This document shows, in pieces, positions 43,845 through 55,469 of a stretch of 64,000 nt of DNA (its first letter is position 1; every line of letters starts with the position of its first letter). This DNA is from an uncultured Planctomycetota bacterium (GTDB lineage Bacteria > Planctomycetota > Planctomycetia > Isosphaerales > Isosphaeraceae). The notes under the pieces are model-generated. The model did no database searches and was not told the origin of the DNA. It saw only the letters and a list, made by a program, of their open reading frames with translations. The position numbers were made by a program, and so were the translations under genes. The DNA is taken from NCBI GenBank assembly GCA_963823665.1, contig CAWGMQ010000003.1, forward strand, positions 224,001-288,000. Reading direction: 5' to 3'.

Positions 43845-45164
43845 TCACCGAGCCGATGCGCCCGCCCCTGCCGGCTCGACCAGCTCATGAATACGCCCGT
43901 CGAAGGCCAAGATGTAGAGCTCGCCCTGGGAATCCTCGCCGAAGGACGCGATGTTTAGCTTCTGGGTCTTGCGCATGTCAATCAGCTCGCCGCTGGCGAG
44001 CAGCTTGCCGTTCTCATAGCGGAGGCCCCAGATCCGGCCGCTGTCGAAATCGCCGTAGACGTAGACCCCTGCGAGCGAGGGTACTTTTTTGCCGCGGTAG
44101 ACGTAACCGCCGGTGATGCTCAAGCCGCTATCCGGGCGGTCGCGGGTCGGGGCATGCGGATATTCGACGATCGGGGGCGCGATCTTGGAGGCGGAGTCGG
44201 CCCGCTGGCGGCGCTGGGGTTGAAAGGCATGAAACCCTTCCCTGATGCTCCAGCCGTAGTTGCCGCCGTTCTCGATGCGATGCACCATCTCCCACAGGTT
44301 TTGCCCGACGTCGCCGGCCCACAGGTCCCCGGTCTGGCGGTCGAAGCTGAACTTCCAGACGTTGCGCAGGCCAATGCAATAAACCTCGGGCGCCCACCGC
44401 GCGAACTTCCTTGCTCGCTTGGCCGGGTTATCCGCGGGTATCCCGTACGGCTTGCCATCGGCCGGATGATCGACGTCGATCCGCAGGATCGATGCCCACC
44501 AGTCCGACGGGTTCTGGCCGCTGGTCAACGGGTCGTCGGCCGCTCCAGAGTCACCCAGCGTGATGTACAGGTAGCCGTCGGGCCCGAAGGCAATCGTGCC
44601 GCCATTGTGGTTTTCAAACGGGTCTTCCTTAGAAACCCAGATCCTCTGTTCACTCGCCGGATCGGCCGATCGCGGGTTGTCGCTCGACGCCTTGAATCGA
44701 GAGACAACCGAGTGCCGCTTGTTCTGGTCGTTGGCCGAATAGTAAACAAAGAAGAACTTGTTCTCCTTGTATTTGGGATGAAACGCCATCCCCAGCAGCC
44801 CTTCTTCATTTCCGCGATTGATCGGATCGGGAAGCTTGAGGAAGAGCTGCTTGACACTCGTGGATCGCTCGTTGGGAAACGACCAGATCGTGGCCGTGTG
44901 CTGCTCGACTATGAAAAGGAGGTTCGACCCGTCCGCCGGGTCAGCCATGGAAACCGGCCGATCGAACCTGAGGTTGGGAAACGCGACGGCGGTGCCCAGC
45001 ACCGGCAAGCTGGCCGTCGCTGCCTTCTTGCCCGCAGCCTTCTTCGTTTGGGCCGCGGCCGGGGTGTTCTGCGTCAGCGCGGCGATGACGATCGCCGCCA
45101 GCAGTCCTCGCCATCCGAGGGCGCAGGGCACTCCAGTCCCGATCTTCTTCCGGTGCATGGGCAT
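43845..45164 (-). CDS. PQQ-dependent glucose/sorbosone dehydrogenase family protein
   Basis: EEGLLGMAFHP, NHNGGTIAFGPDGYLYI, GLRNVWKFSFD, GDVGQ, GGNYGW, SITGGYVYRG, SFGED. Confidence 0.92.
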   Translation of the reverse strand: MPMHRKKIGTGVPCALGWRGLLAAIVIAALTQNTPAAAQTKKAAGKKAATASLPVLGTAVAFPNLRFDRPVSMADPADGSNLLFIVEQHTATIWSFPNERSTSVKQLFLKLPDPINRGNEEGLLGMAFHPKYKENKFFFVYYSANDQNKRHSVVSRFKASSDNPRSADPASEQRIWVSKEDPFENHNGGTIAFGPDGYLYITLGDSGAADDPLTSGQNPSDWWASILRIDVDHPADGKPYGIPADNPAKRARKFARWAPEVYCIGLRNVWKFSFDRQTGDLWAGDVGQNLWEMVHRIENGGNYGWSIREGFHAFQPQRRQRADSASKIAPPIVEYPHAPTRDRPDSGLSITGGYVYRGKKVPSLAGVYVYGDFDSGRIWGLRYENGKLLASGELIDMRKTQKLNIASFGEDSQGELYILAFDGRIHELVEPAGAGASAR

Positions 45165-45168
45165 CGTC

Positions 45169-46701
45169 TCATTTCTCCATTTTTTTCGGCTTGCCGTTAT
45201 TCCAGATCGGCGCGACGTCGGCCGAGCATTGTTCACGAATACCGTTTTCACTCAGCACTTCTGCCGTGGCTGCGATCGCTGCTTCTCGCGGAAAGACGAT
45301 CAGCTCGCTGTACTTGCCCAGGAACTTGAATTCGACGAACTCGTCTGTAAGGTCACGAAGTGTTTCGACCAGGTGCTTCAGGTTGCGGATTTTTATGCCG
45401 TTGACCTGGGAAATGGCGTCGGCATACGGCCCCCTGTAACCGGTGCTGATCTTGTGGACGAACATCGGGTGCGCGAGCAGGACGATTCGTTCCTCGGGAA
45501 AGGAAGGACGGTCTCCATACCGGCTGAGCATCGGATTACCCTGGTTGGCATACCCGAGCAGCGTATCGGCACCATCGCCGTACGTGAAGGCCCGGACGTA
45601 GTTTTCGGTCGCTTCCGTGAAAACCAGAGGTCCATAAATGAAATACGATGGAGCGTTGCCGGCCAGATACGGAAAAAGCCAGCGGTCCTGAGTCGGGCTG
45701 ACAGGAACCTCCACGACCTGCTCCGCGCCGTTGCGAAGGATCGTGAGCCGCAACTTGTTATCGCGCGCGAGCCGCTGCACCAGGTAGTGGAACCGAAAGT
45801 GGTGATCGTCGACCTGCACCATCCCTGCGTTGTCGATCAAGTGATCGCCGATCCGGGTCACGATGTCGCCGGCTTGCAGCAGAAAAGGTCCGTCGTGTAT
45901 TTCCACGGTCTTGACGAGGACACCCGTGGTCTTCTTGTCGAGCTTGAGCTTGCGCCTGAGCGCCAGATTCTCGAGGTTTTGAAACCCGTCGATCAAGACG
46001 GGCTTGCCGTCGTACCGGCCATCCTCGACGTCTTTCAAGAAGAGCTCGATTTCCTCCATGGGGATGATGTAACCGATGTTATCGGCCTGCTGAAGCTTGC
46101 TGAAGACCAGCCCGATCATCTTTCCGTCGGCAACCGCCGGGCCGCCGCTGTTGCCCGGGTTGATCGCCGCGTCGATCTGGATGCGCAGTCCCTCGGTCAC
46201 CTGATAATACTCGGCGTACTCGAGCCGCGACACGATCCCACGAGTGATCGAGAGGTCCATCCCCCCCTCGGGATATCCGTAGGCAAAGACCGTTTGCTGG
46301 ATCTTGGGGAGCTGCTTCTGGTGCGGCAGAGCGGGATGTTTGTCAAAGAACTCGGCGTCATCGAGCTTGAGCACCGCCAGATCGATCGACGCCGCGATCG
46401 CAACAACCTTCGCAGGCAGCTTGTCGCTGGACCTGTCGGGCTGAACGAAGATCTGGCTTGCGCAGTTCACGACGTGCGCGTTTGTCAATATGCGTTTATC
46501 GGAGATGACCACGCCGGAGCCGGTCACTTCCTGGGGCGAGCTCTTGGTCCAGGGCCGGAACATGTCTGCCGTACGGGTCGATGCGGTGATCTTGACGACG
46601 GACTTGCGCACCTTGGCGTCATCGTCCTGGGCGGAGGCAACGCGTGCCGTGAGCGTGACGAGAAGACTTGCGGCGATGATGAGCCTGTTGCAATTCCACA
46701 C
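45169..46701 (-). CDS. HtrA/Deg-like trypsin serine protease with PDZ domains
   Basis: Signal peptide; ILTNAHVV, DLAVL, DAAINPGNSGGP. Confidence 0.93.
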   Translation of the reverse strand: MWNCNRLIIAASLLVTLTARVASAQDDDAKVRKSVVKITASTRTADMFRPWTKSSPQEVTGSGVVISDKRILTNAHVVNCASQIFVQPDRSSDKLPAKVVAIAASIDLAVLKLDDAEFFDKHPALPHQKQLPKIQQTVFAYGYPEGGMDLSITRGIVSRLEYAEYYQVTEGLRIQIDAAINPGNSGGPAVADGKMIGLVFSKLQQADNIGYIIPMEEIELFLKDVEDGRYDGKPVLIDGFQNLENLALRRKLKLDKKTTGVLVKTVEIHDGPFLLQAGDIVTRIGDHLIDNAGMVQVDDHHFRFHYLVQRLARDNKLRLTILRNGAEQVVEVPVSPTQDRWLFPYLAGNAPSYFIYGPLVFTEATENYVRAFTYGDGADTLLGYANQGNPMLSRYGDRPSFPEERIVLLAHPMFVHKISTGYRGPYADAISQVNGIKIRNLKHLVETLRDLTDEFVEFKFLGKYSELIVFPREAAIAATAEVLSENGIREQCSADVAPIWNNGKPKKMEK

Positions 46702-46843
46702 GCGACTGACTCCGAGGCAATTTCTTGAATCTCGATTTCGGGAGCGATTTGTTGTACTTGAGAAGACAGTTTCCTGACGCCGGACCGGTATCAGTGTATT
46801 ATGAGGTTCTGCATTCGATCAAAGCCAATCTGCAGTCGCCGCT

Positions 46844-47089
46844 ATGAAAGTGATCAATCTGGCTGAGAGCCGGCCGACGCTCGACGATGTGATTCGGCTT
46901 GCGCGGAACGGAGTCGTTGTATTGCGCGAAGCGGATGGTACGGCTTTCGCGCTCGCCGCCCTCGACGATTTTGACGTCGAGGTTGAGCTGTTGCGAAACA
47001 GTCCGGACTTCCTGAGTTTCCTGAGGCAGCTCTCAAGCGAGAGAGCTTCAATCACGCTCGACGATCTTCGGGCGGAACTGGCCCTTTGA
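46844..47089 (+). CDS. orphan Phd/YefM-like antitoxin
   Basis: MKVINLAE...LDDVIRLARNGVVVL...; C-terminus ITLDDLRAEL; no toxin ORF on either side. Confidence 0.55.
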   Translation: MKVINLAESRPTLDDVIRLARNGVVVLREADGTAFALAALDDFDVEVELLRNSPDFLSFLRQLSSERASITLDDLRAELAL

Positions 47090-47110
47090 AGCCCGACCAT
47101 CGAATCGCGC

Positions 47111-48754
47111 TCAAATCTCGGCAAGCACCCGGTGGGCGCACGTGACCGCCAGGGCGCCGTCGCCGACGGCGAATGCCACGCGCTTGGTGGTGCCGCTGCG
47201 GACATCGCCCGCCGCGAAGACTCCGGGACAGGTGGTCTCAACCGTGCACGGCTCGCGGTCGGCAAGCGGCCAGCGGTCGGATTTGGCGGCATCGGCTCCG
47301 GTCAGGATGAAGCCCTTGGAATCGACGGCGATGCTCGGAGGCAGCCAGTCGGTCCTGGGCTTCGCGCCGATGAAAACAAAAACGGCCGAGCAATCGAGGT
47401 CGCGGGAACTGGAGCCGCGCAGATCGCGAAGCCGCAGCCTCGTGATCGTGCGGTCGCCGTGGATGGCGTCAATCTCGACATGACGGATGACTTCGATTCT
47501 CGGGTGGCGCTCGATCCGCCGCGCGAGGTAGTCGGACATGCTCTTGCGCAGGTCGTCACCACGCAAGAGCAGCGTGGCGCCGCTTGTTTGTTCGGCGAGG
47601 AACATCACGGCCTGACCCGCCGAGTTGCCGCCGCCCACGACGGCGGCGCGGCCATCACGGCATGAGCGCGCGTGAACCGACGTGCAGGAATAAAAGATCC
47701 CGGAGCCCTCCCAGCGCTCGCAACCCGCGACGGGAAGGCGTTGATACGATGCGCCCGTGGCGATCAGAATGGTTCGTCCGCTGACGACCTGGCCGTCGTC
47801 GAGGACGAGCCGGTGCAAGCGGTTCTCGCACGTCATGGAGCGGACCTCGACCGGAGCGACGAGCTCGGCCCCGAACTTGAGGGCCTGGAGATAACCCCGA
47901 TTGGCAAGGTCAGCCCCGGTGAGACCGGCGGGGAACCCCATGTAGTTCTCGATCCGCGAGCTGGTTCCTGCCTGGCCGCCGGGTCCGAAGCGGTCGAGCA
48001 CGATGGTGGCGAGGCCCTCCGAGGCACCATAGACCGCGGCCGCGAGTCCGGCCGGGCCGGCCCCCACGATGACCAGATCAAACGGCTCCGTACGAATCTG
48101 GCGCTTGAGGCCCAGGCACTCGGCGAGCCGGGTGACCGTCGGGCGCGGCGACCGTGTGCCCCGGTTGCAGGCGACGAACGGCAGTTGGTCCGGCCTCACA
48201 TCCAGCTCTTTCAGCGCGGCTTTTCCCTCCGCTCCGTCGGCGTCGATCCAGGTATGCGGCACCTTATTCTTGTCAAAGAACTCGCGGATGACGGTGACGT
48301 CCGGATCTCCAAGGTGTCCGAGAAGTCGCACGCCGACGAAGCCGGAACGCTCCAGCATGATCCGGCGAGTCTGAAATGCCTCGAGCAGCTTGTCGCTCAG
48401 ATCGGGAATCTCCTGGATGATTCGCCGCAGCTCACCCTGACTGACGCAGTAGGCCCGGCAAGCCCCTCTGGCATAAGCCGAAACGGCGGCCGGCCGGTCG
48501 GTGAGGAGCGAGACGTCACCGGTGAACTCGCGTGGGCCATGAACAACGACCGTTTTCGGCTCGGCGCGCGATTCATCCACGATCGCAATTTCACCGGAAA
48601 TCACGACGTAGAGCGGCAGCCCGCGCTGGCCTGCCTGAAAGATCGGCTCGCCGTCCTCAAACGAGCATGTCTTTGCGAGCGACGCGAGGCATTCGAGCTC
48701 TTCCTCGCTGAGCTTTGGAAATGCGATGTGATGCGCGTATTCGACAGTCGCCAT
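47111..48754 (-). CDS. cyclic-nucleotide-binding thioredoxin-reductase-like flavoprotein
   Basis: cNMP domain (LYVVISGEI, FTGDVSLL); IVGAGPAG, SSRIENYMGFP, VVGGGNSAGQ, FAAGDVR. Confidence 0.92.
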   Translation of the reverse strand: MATVEYAHHIAFPKLSEEELECLASLAKTCSFEDGEPIFQAGQRGLPLYVVISGEIAIVDESRAEPKTVVVHGPREFTGDVSLLTDRPAAVSAYARGACRAYCVSQGELRRIIQEIPDLSDKLLEAFQTRRIMLERSGFVGVRLLGHLGDPDVTVIREFFDKNKVPHTWIDADGAEGKAALKELDVRPDQLPFVACNRGTRSPRPTVTRLAECLGLKRQIRTEPFDLVIVGAGPAGLAAAVYGASEGLATIVLDRFGPGGQAGTSSRIENYMGFPAGLTGADLANRGYLQALKFGAELVAPVEVRSMTCENRLHRLVLDDGQVVSGRTILIATGASYQRLPVAGCERWEGSGIFYSCTSVHARSCRDGRAAVVGGGNSAGQAVMFLAEQTSGATLLLRGDDLRKSMSDYLARRIERHPRIEVIRHVEIDAIHGDRTITRLRLRDLRGSSSRDLDCSAVFVFIGAKPRTDWLPPSIAVDSKGFILTGADAAKSDRWPLADREPCTVETTCPGVFAAGDVRSGTTKRVAFAVGDGALAVTCAHRVLAEI

Positions 48755-48949
48755 GGGCTCGAGCTCTCCCTTGCTTCGTTCCGTCCTGTGAACTGTGCAG
48801 ACGTGGGCGAATATGAGATCGTCGCTTGATTTACGTATGCGAGTCAAGACCAGGTCTGCTCTGTCGAGCAAGATGAAGGCACCGCGACTCGGCATGCGGA
48901 GCGGCGGCCTGGAAAATGACCTCGCTCGACTCTTCACGCCCCGGTGTGG

Positions 48950-51900
48950 TCAATCGGGCACGAATACATTCGCAGGCAGATCGGCGAGCCCGAGCCTCTG
49001 CTTCCACGCCGCGGCCTCGGCAGGCTTGCCCCACTCCTCGTACAGCCGCAACACCCGACTCGCCGCTTCGTTCAGAGCCGATTTGTATTGCGCCGGGATC
49101 TTCCCTTCGCGCGCCTTCATGCCGTTGTAACCGCCAACGATCAATGGCTCCGCGTCCGCGAACTTGTTCTGGCGCACCAAGACTTCTCCGATCAGAGATC
49201 GGCCGCTGAACATATCCCAATCGTCGGGCCGCGCCTTTTCGACGATTACCATGGACTCGCGAAGGATCGCCTCCGCCCCGGCCCACTTCCTCTGATGGAT
49301 CAGATTCTGGCCTAGACCCGAAAGCGACGCCGCGATCGCAAGGTCGGCCGGCCCAAACTGTTTGCGAGCGCGGTCAAGCGCCTTGCGCAAGAGAGGCTCA
49401 GCACTCGCATGTTTGCCGGCGCGGTCGTAGGCAGTGGCCAGTTCCGCCTCGGCCATCGCGGCTAGTCCCGCAGTTGCTCCGGAATTCGCACTCATACGGT
49501 CGAGCGCCTGTTCCATTAATCGGATTCCATCGTTCAAACGGCCTGCGTCACGGTAGTTTATTCCCAAATTGATTTTTACCCCGAGTGTGGTGGGATGGCC
49601 AGCCCCGAGCGCGCGTTCCGTATTCTCGAGGTTCGCTTCGAGCAGCGGGATAGAACGATCCAGCCTGCCCTGCTTCCAATAGGCGATGGCGAGGTTGTTT
49701 CGGGCGACCAGGGTGGTCGGGTGGCCTGGCCCGAGTTTCGACTCCATCTGCTTGAGCGTCGCCTCCTGCATTTTGACGGCGAGGTCGGCGCGTCCGGTTG
49801 CACGGTAGGCAACCGCGAGATTTGTCCGGGCAGTGAGTGTAGTAGGATTGTCAGAACCGAGCTTCGACTCCATCAGCTTGAGTACCTCTTCGAACATCTT
49901 GATGGCGTCGTCGGTGCGACCGGCAGCGGAGTAGGCGTGCGCGAGATTATTGCGGCCGGCGAGCGTATCGGGATGAGTAGCGCCGAGCTTCTGCTCGTAC
50001 CGTTCGAGCGTGGTCTCGAGGAGCTTGATAGCAAGCTCAGTGCGGCCGGCCTTGTTGTAGGCTGTCGCCAGATTATTGCGGCTCTGTAGCGTGTAAAGAT
50101 TGTTCACGCCGAGCGTCGACTCCAGACGCGCAAGGGTCGCCTCGTGAAGCTTGATCGCTTCGTCGATGAGGCCCGCGTCGTAATAGGAATTGGCGAGGTT
50201 GTTGCGAACGCCGAGCGTGTCGCGGTGGTCGGGGCCAAGCTTCGATTCCATGATCTTGAGCACGGCGTTCTGCATTTTCATGGCTTTGTCGGTTCGACCC
50301 ACCTTCCAGTAGGCCGAAGCGAGGTCGGAGCGGCAGGTTACCGTGTCGGCGTGGTCTGGGCCGAGCTTCGATTCGAGTTCCTCGAGCGTAGCCTCGAGCA
50401 TCGTGACGGCTAGCTCTGCGCGACCGGCGCTCGAGTAAGCCTCGGCGAGATTGTGACGGCTTACGAGGGTCTCATGATCGTCGGATCCGAGCCTCGCTTG
50501 ACGCAGCTCGAGGGCACGCTCCAACTGCGGAATGGCCAGCGCCGCCTCACCGAGGTGGTGGTAAGTCACCCCTAGCGTGTCTCGCACGTCGGCCTCGACG
50601 AGCGCTTGGTTCTGGAACCTTTCGGCGATCTTGGGCTCGGCGTCGTCGATTGCCTTGCGCAGGGTGATGTCCCTCGCAATCCCCCCATCCCTCCCCTCGG
50701 GCCGCGTGGCCGCGAGCACATCGTTCTTGAGAAATGCCAGTAGTGACTCGGCCCGCTGCCGCGACTCGTCAGACTTGTGGAGCGCTTTGATGGCCTCGTT
50801 CTTCGCGTCGGTGGTCGCGGCGCTCGCGGCGGCCAGGTCGGTGTAGGCCTTCGCCTGCACGATCGCCACGGCCGAAAGGCCCATGACACCGACGACGAGA
50901 GCCGCCGCCGCGCTGGTGACCGCCGTCCGTTGGCGCCGCGCCCATCGCCGGGCCCGAACGGCGAGCGGCTCCCGCCACGCAGAGACCGGCTCATCAGCCA
51001 GCCAGCGCTCAAGGTCAGCTTTGAACGCCTCGGCTGACTCGTATCGATCGGCTGGCGCGATCGCCATTGCCTTCAGGCAGATCGCCTCAAGCGCCGCGGC
51101 AATGCGGCGATTATGCGACCGAGGCGGCGGGATGTCCCCCGCCATCACCTTCTGATAAACCTCTGCGCGGTCGGGCGCCTCACACGGAGCACGGCCCGTA
51201 AGCAGATGGTATAGCGTAGCGCCCAGACAGTACACATCGCTTCGTACTCCCAGATCACCAACTCGACCGAGGACCTGCTCGGGGCTCATGTAAGCCGGTG
51301 TACCCACCGCCGACCCCGCGCGGGTCGACTCGAGCGCGCTACCGGAGGCGGGCTTGAGCGGAAGCTCTGGTCGCTGGCTCGGGATCTCGGGCTCGGTTTC
51401 ATCAAGCATCTTGGCCAGGCCCCAATCAACCACGAGCGTTTCACCGTAATTGCCCAGCATGATGTTGGCGGGCTTCAGATCGCGATGCAGCACACGCCGG
51501 CTGTGCGCATAGGCCACCGCATCGCAAACGTCGATGAACCGGCCGAGGAGCTCGCGCAACTCCAGCGTGCTTTGCCCCTCGTCACGCCCAGACTGGTGCT
51601 CGGCTTCATGAAAACGGCGTATCGCTTCCTTGAGACTGCTGCCCCTCACAAACCTCATTGCATAGAACGGCCGCCCGTCGGGTAGATGACCCAGTCCGTA
51701 AACCGGCACGATCCCGGGATGTTCCAGTCCGCCGGTCACCTCAGCCTCGAACTCGAACCTGGCTCGAACGTGCGCATCGAAAGCAAACTGGGGTTGAATC
51801 TCCTTGAGCGCAACCTCGCGATTGAGCTCCGTATCTCGGGCAACGAACACCTCGCCAAGTCCCCCCTTCGCATGAGGGCGGAGAATGAGAAATCGGGCGG

Positions 51901-52300
51901 CATAGGAAGTCAGATGGCCAACGATCGTGGCATTGACCGCGCCCTCGGGTTCGTCGCCGTTCGGAATCTGGCTGTCGCGTAGCTGCCCCAAGCTCGCAAC
52001 GATCTCGGCGTCTGCCATTCGCGACCAGTCGTCGTGGACCGAGCCGACCGAACGAAGCGCAGCCAGGCTCTTGTGCGGATCGTTTCCGTGAATCTCGATG
52101 TGTTCTTCGACCAACCCCTCCATGAGCTTGTGGCGGCTTCGCGTGAGCGCTCCACGCTCGAGTAGAATCTGCCCGAGCGATCGAGACTTGTCAGCCACCC
52201 AGGAGTTGAAGGCTCCTAGCAATGTGTCGCGATCGACGAAGTTATTCTGCAGCGCCAGCAGACCGAACAACAGGTTCCGACTGGTGTCCACGGGTGCCAA
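48950..52300 (-). CDS. Ser/Thr kinase with kinesin-light-chain-type TPR array
   Basis: RNLLFGLLALQ N-domain; AKGGLGEV, HRDLKPANI, DWGLAK, GTPAYMSPEQ; many LGPDHxDTL..RNNLA repeats. Confidence 0.95.
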   Translation of the reverse strand: MAPVDTSRNLLFGLLALQNNFVDRDTLLGAFNSWVADKSRSLGQILLERGALTRSRHKLMEGLVEEHIEIHGNDPHKSLAALRSVGSVHDDWSRMADAEIVASLGQLRDSQIPNGDEPEGAVNATIVGHLTSYAARFLILRPHAKGGLGEVFVARDTELNREVALKEIQPQFAFDAHVRARFEFEAEVTGGLEHPGIVPVYGLGHLPDGRPFYAMRFVRGSSLKEAIRRFHEAEHQSGRDEGQSTLELRELLGRFIDVCDAVAYAHSRRVLHRDLKPANIMLGNYGETLVVDWGLAKMLDETEPEIPSQRPELPLKPASGSALESTRAGSAVGTPAYMSPEQVLGRVGDLGVRSDVYCLGATLYHLLTGRAPCEAPDRAEVYQKVMAGDIPPPRSHNRRIAAALEAICLKAMAIAPADRYESAEAFKADLERWLADEPVSAWREPLAVRARRWARRQRTAVTSAAAALVVGVMGLSAVAIVQAKAYTDLAAASAATTDAKNEAIKALHKSDESRQRAESLLAFLKNDVLAATRPEGRDGGIARDITLRKAIDDAEPKIAERFQNQALVEADVRDTLGVTYHHLGEAALAIPQLERALELRQARLGSDDHETLVSRHNLAEAYSSAGRAELAVTMLEATLEELESKLGPDHADTVTCRSDLASAYWKVGRTDKAMKMQNAVLKIMESKLGPDHRDTLGVRNNLANSYYDAGLIDEAIKLHEATLARLESTLGVNNLYTLQSRNNLATAYNKAGRTELAIKLLETTLERYEQKLGATHPDTLAGRNNLAHAYSAAGRTDDAIKMFEEVLKLMESKLGSDNPTTLTARTNLAVAYRATGRADLAVKMQEATLKQMESKLGPGHPTTLVARNNLAIAYWKQGRLDRSIPLLEANLENTERALGAGHPTTLGVKINLGINYRDAGRLNDGIRLMEQALDRMSANSGATAGLAAMAEAELATAYDRAGKHASAEPLLRKALDRARKQFGPADLAIAASLSGLGQNLIHQRKWAGAEAILRESMVIVEKARPDDWDMFSGRSLIGEVLVRQNKFADAEPLIVGGYNGMKAREGKIPAQYKSALNEAASRVLRLYEEWGKPAEAAAWKQRLGLADLPANVFVPD

Positions 52301-52532
52301 TGTCGCGCCTCCTCATCAAAGCGTTTCAGGTCTGTTCACCAGCCCAGATCAATTCTAACCGTTTGCTCGCGGCCTGCGGCGCGATTGCTCTCTGGAAAAT
52401 ACAAGAATAACTGACTAGAGTTGAGCACTCTGGGTCAGTGCATCGAGCTCGCGGCCCATCCGACGCCGGCGTGTGCCGCTTTGCAGCAGGGAAGCTGAAG
52501 CGACTTCTCCCACCACCTTCAGGCCGACACCC

Positions 52533-54758
52533 ATGAATCTCAGAGTCATTCGATTCACGCCGGCGCGGGTACGGCCCCCGCGCCGGGTGCGAAACCACCC
52601 GGTCCGTGCTCTGCGCCTCGAGGCGCTCGAGGATCGGCTCGTCTTGAGCGGGCAAGGCACCTGGTCGGCATTCAACCCCGTTGGCCCGGCCCCGCGATGG
52701 GGGGCGCCGATCGTTGCACTCGGGCCCCTGTCGGTGGGCAACACGTTCGTGACTCCCGGCACCAACTACTTCTTCGGCGGTACCGACGGCACGAATACCT
52801 ACGATGACACCTGGGCCATCTCCCAGGGCACCACACTGGCAACGCGATTGCAGCCCGCGACAAGCCCCCCCGCGCGGCACGACCAGGCGGCAGTCGCTTT
52901 TAACAATAAAATGTACATATTCGGCGGCGAGGACGCGGCCGGCAACAGTTTGAGCGACGTCTGGGCTTTCGACCCGATTGCGGACACCTGGCAACAGCAA
53001 CCGAGTCAAGCGGGCGCACAGGCCTGGCCGGGCGGTTTCGACGCGGTTGCCGTCGCGATCGGGCAGCAGATCATCCTTTACGGTGGAAGCGTCTCGAGCG
53101 GCGGTGTCGCGCAGCCGGCAGCCGCTTTCGCCTACGCATACAACCCGGCTGACGGCTCGTGGACCAGGCTTTCCGCCGACCCCTTGGGGCCCGATCCGGG
53201 CGCCACGGCTGCCGCATTCGCGGGCGACATGTACGTCTTCAGCTCGACCAGCAGCACGATCGAGTCGTTCGACCCGGTCGCAAACACATGGTCAGCAGTG
53301 ACCGTGCAAGGAACGGGGCCGGCCCCGCGCGCTCACGCCGCGGGTGCCGCAATCTCGAGCATCTTCTTGCTGGAGGGTGGTGCCGGCAGCTCGGGCGACG
53401 CGTGGGAGTTCAACTTCACGACCGGCACGTGGACGCAGAAGGCGTCGTTCCCCGATTCCGGCGTCCAGTACCAGGGCGCGGCAGCCTTTTACAACTCCGG
53501 TGTCCCGCTCTTCATGGTGTACGGAGGCCAGGTCGAAAACCCGTCGACTCAAGCGCCAATCCCGAACCCCGGCGCCATCGTCGGGCGTTTTCAAGGAGTG
53601 GGAGCAGTTGTCGCATCCGATAATCTTCCGGCCGGTCTGCCTGGTCTGGTGGCGCCAGATCTCGTTGTGGCCGAGCCGGGAGGGACCGATACGTATTTCG
53701 TCGAGCTGTCGGGCGAAACCAGCTCGGCTACCGTGACGATCCCGCTCTCCAGTACCAACCCGGCCGAAGGCACTGTCTCGCCTGCACAGCTCGTATTTAC
53801 ACCCGCCAACGCGAGCACGCCCCAGATGATCACCGTCAAGGGCGGAGCCAGTACGGCCCAGAACGGCGACGTGCTCTTCCAGATCCAGTACGGGCCGATC
53901 ATCAGCGCCGACCCCGACTGGAGCGGCTTGACTGACAGCGTGCCGGTCATCGGCCGGCCGCTTCCGGCCTTCACCGTCGGCAACTTTGGCAGCTATGACA
54001 TCACGACAAACGGTTACGCGGTCAGGCAGAGCGGCGGTGCACTGCCCTTGGGTCTGAGCTTTGACCCCGCCACGGAGACGATCAGCGGCAAGCCCGATGC
54101 AGGAACGGCGAGAAGCTACACGCTCTCGTTCCAGGGAGAAGCTCCGAGTACCACGATCTCGTTCACCGTCGCGGTGGCGAACGGCTCTAACGCGGGCTCC
54201 ACAGCTCCCATCGTGACGCTGAAACCGGCCAACCAGACGGTCAGTGCAGGTCAGACAGCGCTGTTCACTGCAGAAGCAAGCGGATCGCCGGCGCCAAGCG
54301 TGCAGTGGCAGATGAGCACCGATGGCGGGAAGACGTTCACCAACATCCCCGGCGCCACTTCGACAACGCTTTCGTTGCTGGCAAAGGGGACGATGACCGG
54401 CGACGAGTACCGGGCCGTGTTCACCAACACGGCCGGCCAGATCGCGAGCATCGCAGGCATTTTGACGGTGAAAAACTTCGCGCCGATCATCACGCTTCAG
54501 CCAGCGAGCGTGAGCACGACGGCCCAGAAGATCGTCCGATTCACGGTCGTCGACGCCGCCGATCCGACGGCGACTTTCCAGTGGCAGAAGGCAGCCAAGG
54601 GCAGCTCGAAGTTCACCAACATCAAGGGCGCCACGTCGGCCACGGTCAGCGTCGCCGCCACCAAGGCCGCGAACGGCCAGAAATATCGCGTGGTGATCAC
54701 GAACAAGTTCGGCAAGGTTACGAGCCAGGCTGCGGTTCTCGAGGTCGTGAAGGCCTGA
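52533..54758 (+). CDS. secreted Kelch-repeat protein with Calx-beta-like and Ig domains
   Basis: [11 protein letters not shown] export motif; [19 protein letters not shown]elch repeats; [11 protein letters not shown]; two I-set-like domains (PSVQWQ). Confidence 0.88.
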   Translation: MNLRVIRFTPARVRPPRRVRNHPVRALRLEALEDRLVLSGQGTWSAFNPVGPAPRWGAPIVALGPLSVGNTFVTPGTNYFFGGTDGTNTYDDTWAISQGTTLATRLQPATSPPARHDQAAVAFNNKMYIFGGEDAAGNSLSDVWAFDPIADTWQQQPSQAGAQAWPGGFDAVAVAIGQQIILYGGSVSSGGVAQPAAAFAYAYNPADGSWTRLSADPLGPDPGATAAAFAGDMYVFSSTSSTIESFDPVANTWSAVTVQGTGPAPRAHAAGAAISSIFLLEGGAGSSGDAWEFNFTTGTWTQKASFPDSGVQYQGAAAFYNSGVPLFMVYGGQVENPSTQAPIPNPGAIVGRFQGVGAVVASDNLPAGLPGLVAPDLVVAEPGGTDTYFVELSGETSSATVTIPLSSTNPAEGTVSPAQLVFTPANASTPQMITVKGGASTAQNGDVLFQIQYGPIISADPDWSGLTDSVPVIGRPLPAFTVGNFGSYDITTNGYAVRQSGGALPLGLSFDPATETISGKPDAGTARSYTLSFQGEAPSTTISFTVAVANGSNAGSTAPIVTLKPANQTVSAGQTALFTAEASGSPAPSVQWQMSTDGGKTFTNIPGATSTTLSLLAKGTMTGDEYRAVFTNTAGQIASIAGILTVKNFAPIITLQPASVSTTAQKIVRFTVVDAADPTATFQWQKAAKGSSKFTNIKGATSATVSVAATKAANGQKYRVVITNKFGKVTSQAAVLEVVKA

Positions 54759-54764
54759 CGTCGA

Positions 54765-55427
54765 TCACGACACGATCAATCCGTCCTGGATCTCGAGCAC
54801 CTGGTCGCCGGGGCGGATAAAGCGTCGGTCGTGGGTGACGACGACCAGCGTGCAGCCGCGCTTTTCCTGCTGCTCTCGCAACAGCTCGAAAATCTCGTCG
54901 CCTCCCTTGCGGTCGAGGTTACCGGTGGGCTCGTCGGCGAGGAGCAAGATCGGATCCTTGACCAGCGCGCGAGCAATTGCGACCCGCTGCTGCTGGCCGC
55001 CGGAAAGCTTGGAAGGCTTGTGGGAAAACCGATGCCCGAGCCCGACCTGGCGGAGCAAGTCTTCGGCCTTTTTGCGGCAGTCGTCCGATACGCCCAGCGG
55101 TATGAACGGAAGCAGAACGTTTCCGACGGCCGTGAGGTTATGAATCAAGTTGAACTGCTGGAAGATGAAGCCGAGCTTCTGGCGCCGGACCGTGTCCTGC
55201 TGGGTCTCGTTCATCGTAGTGAGCACATTTTCTTCGATGGCAATCGACCCCGACGTGGGAGAATCGAGGGCGGCGAGTAGATAGAGCAGCGTGCTCTTGC
55301 CGGACCCAGACGGACCGACGATAAACGTGAAAGACCCGTTGGGGACCTCGAAAGACACGCCGCGCAGGGCGTGGACCTGTTCTTCACCACTCACGTAGCA
55401 CTTCTTGAGGTCGGACACGCGGATCAT
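54765..55427 (-). CDS. ABC transporter ATP-binding protein (LolD/MacB-type)
   Basis: [37 protein letters not shown]. Confidence 0.96.
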   Translation of the reverse strand: MIRVSDLKKCYVSGEEQVHALRGVSFEVPNGSFTFIVGPSGSGKSTLLYLLAALDSPTSGSIAIEENVLTTMNETQQDTVRRQKLGFIFQQFNLIHNLTAVGNVLLPFIPLGVSDDCRKKAEDLLRQVGLGHRFSHKPSKLSGGQQQRVAIARALVKDPILLLADEPTGNLDRKGGDEIFELLREQQEKRGCTLVVVTHDRRFIRPGDQVLEIQDGLIVS

Positions 55428-55469
55428 GGGATCACTTCCGTTTCGAGGGAGAAACGTTGGCCTGGTTGC

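Noticed and set aside
44818..46728. 636-aa plus-strand ORF and other long antisense ORFs (e.g. 24241-25863, 26796-28034, 30983-32221, 47672-48829)
   Set aside because: Shadow ORFs opposite well-supported genes, expected at high GC; no recognisable motifs.
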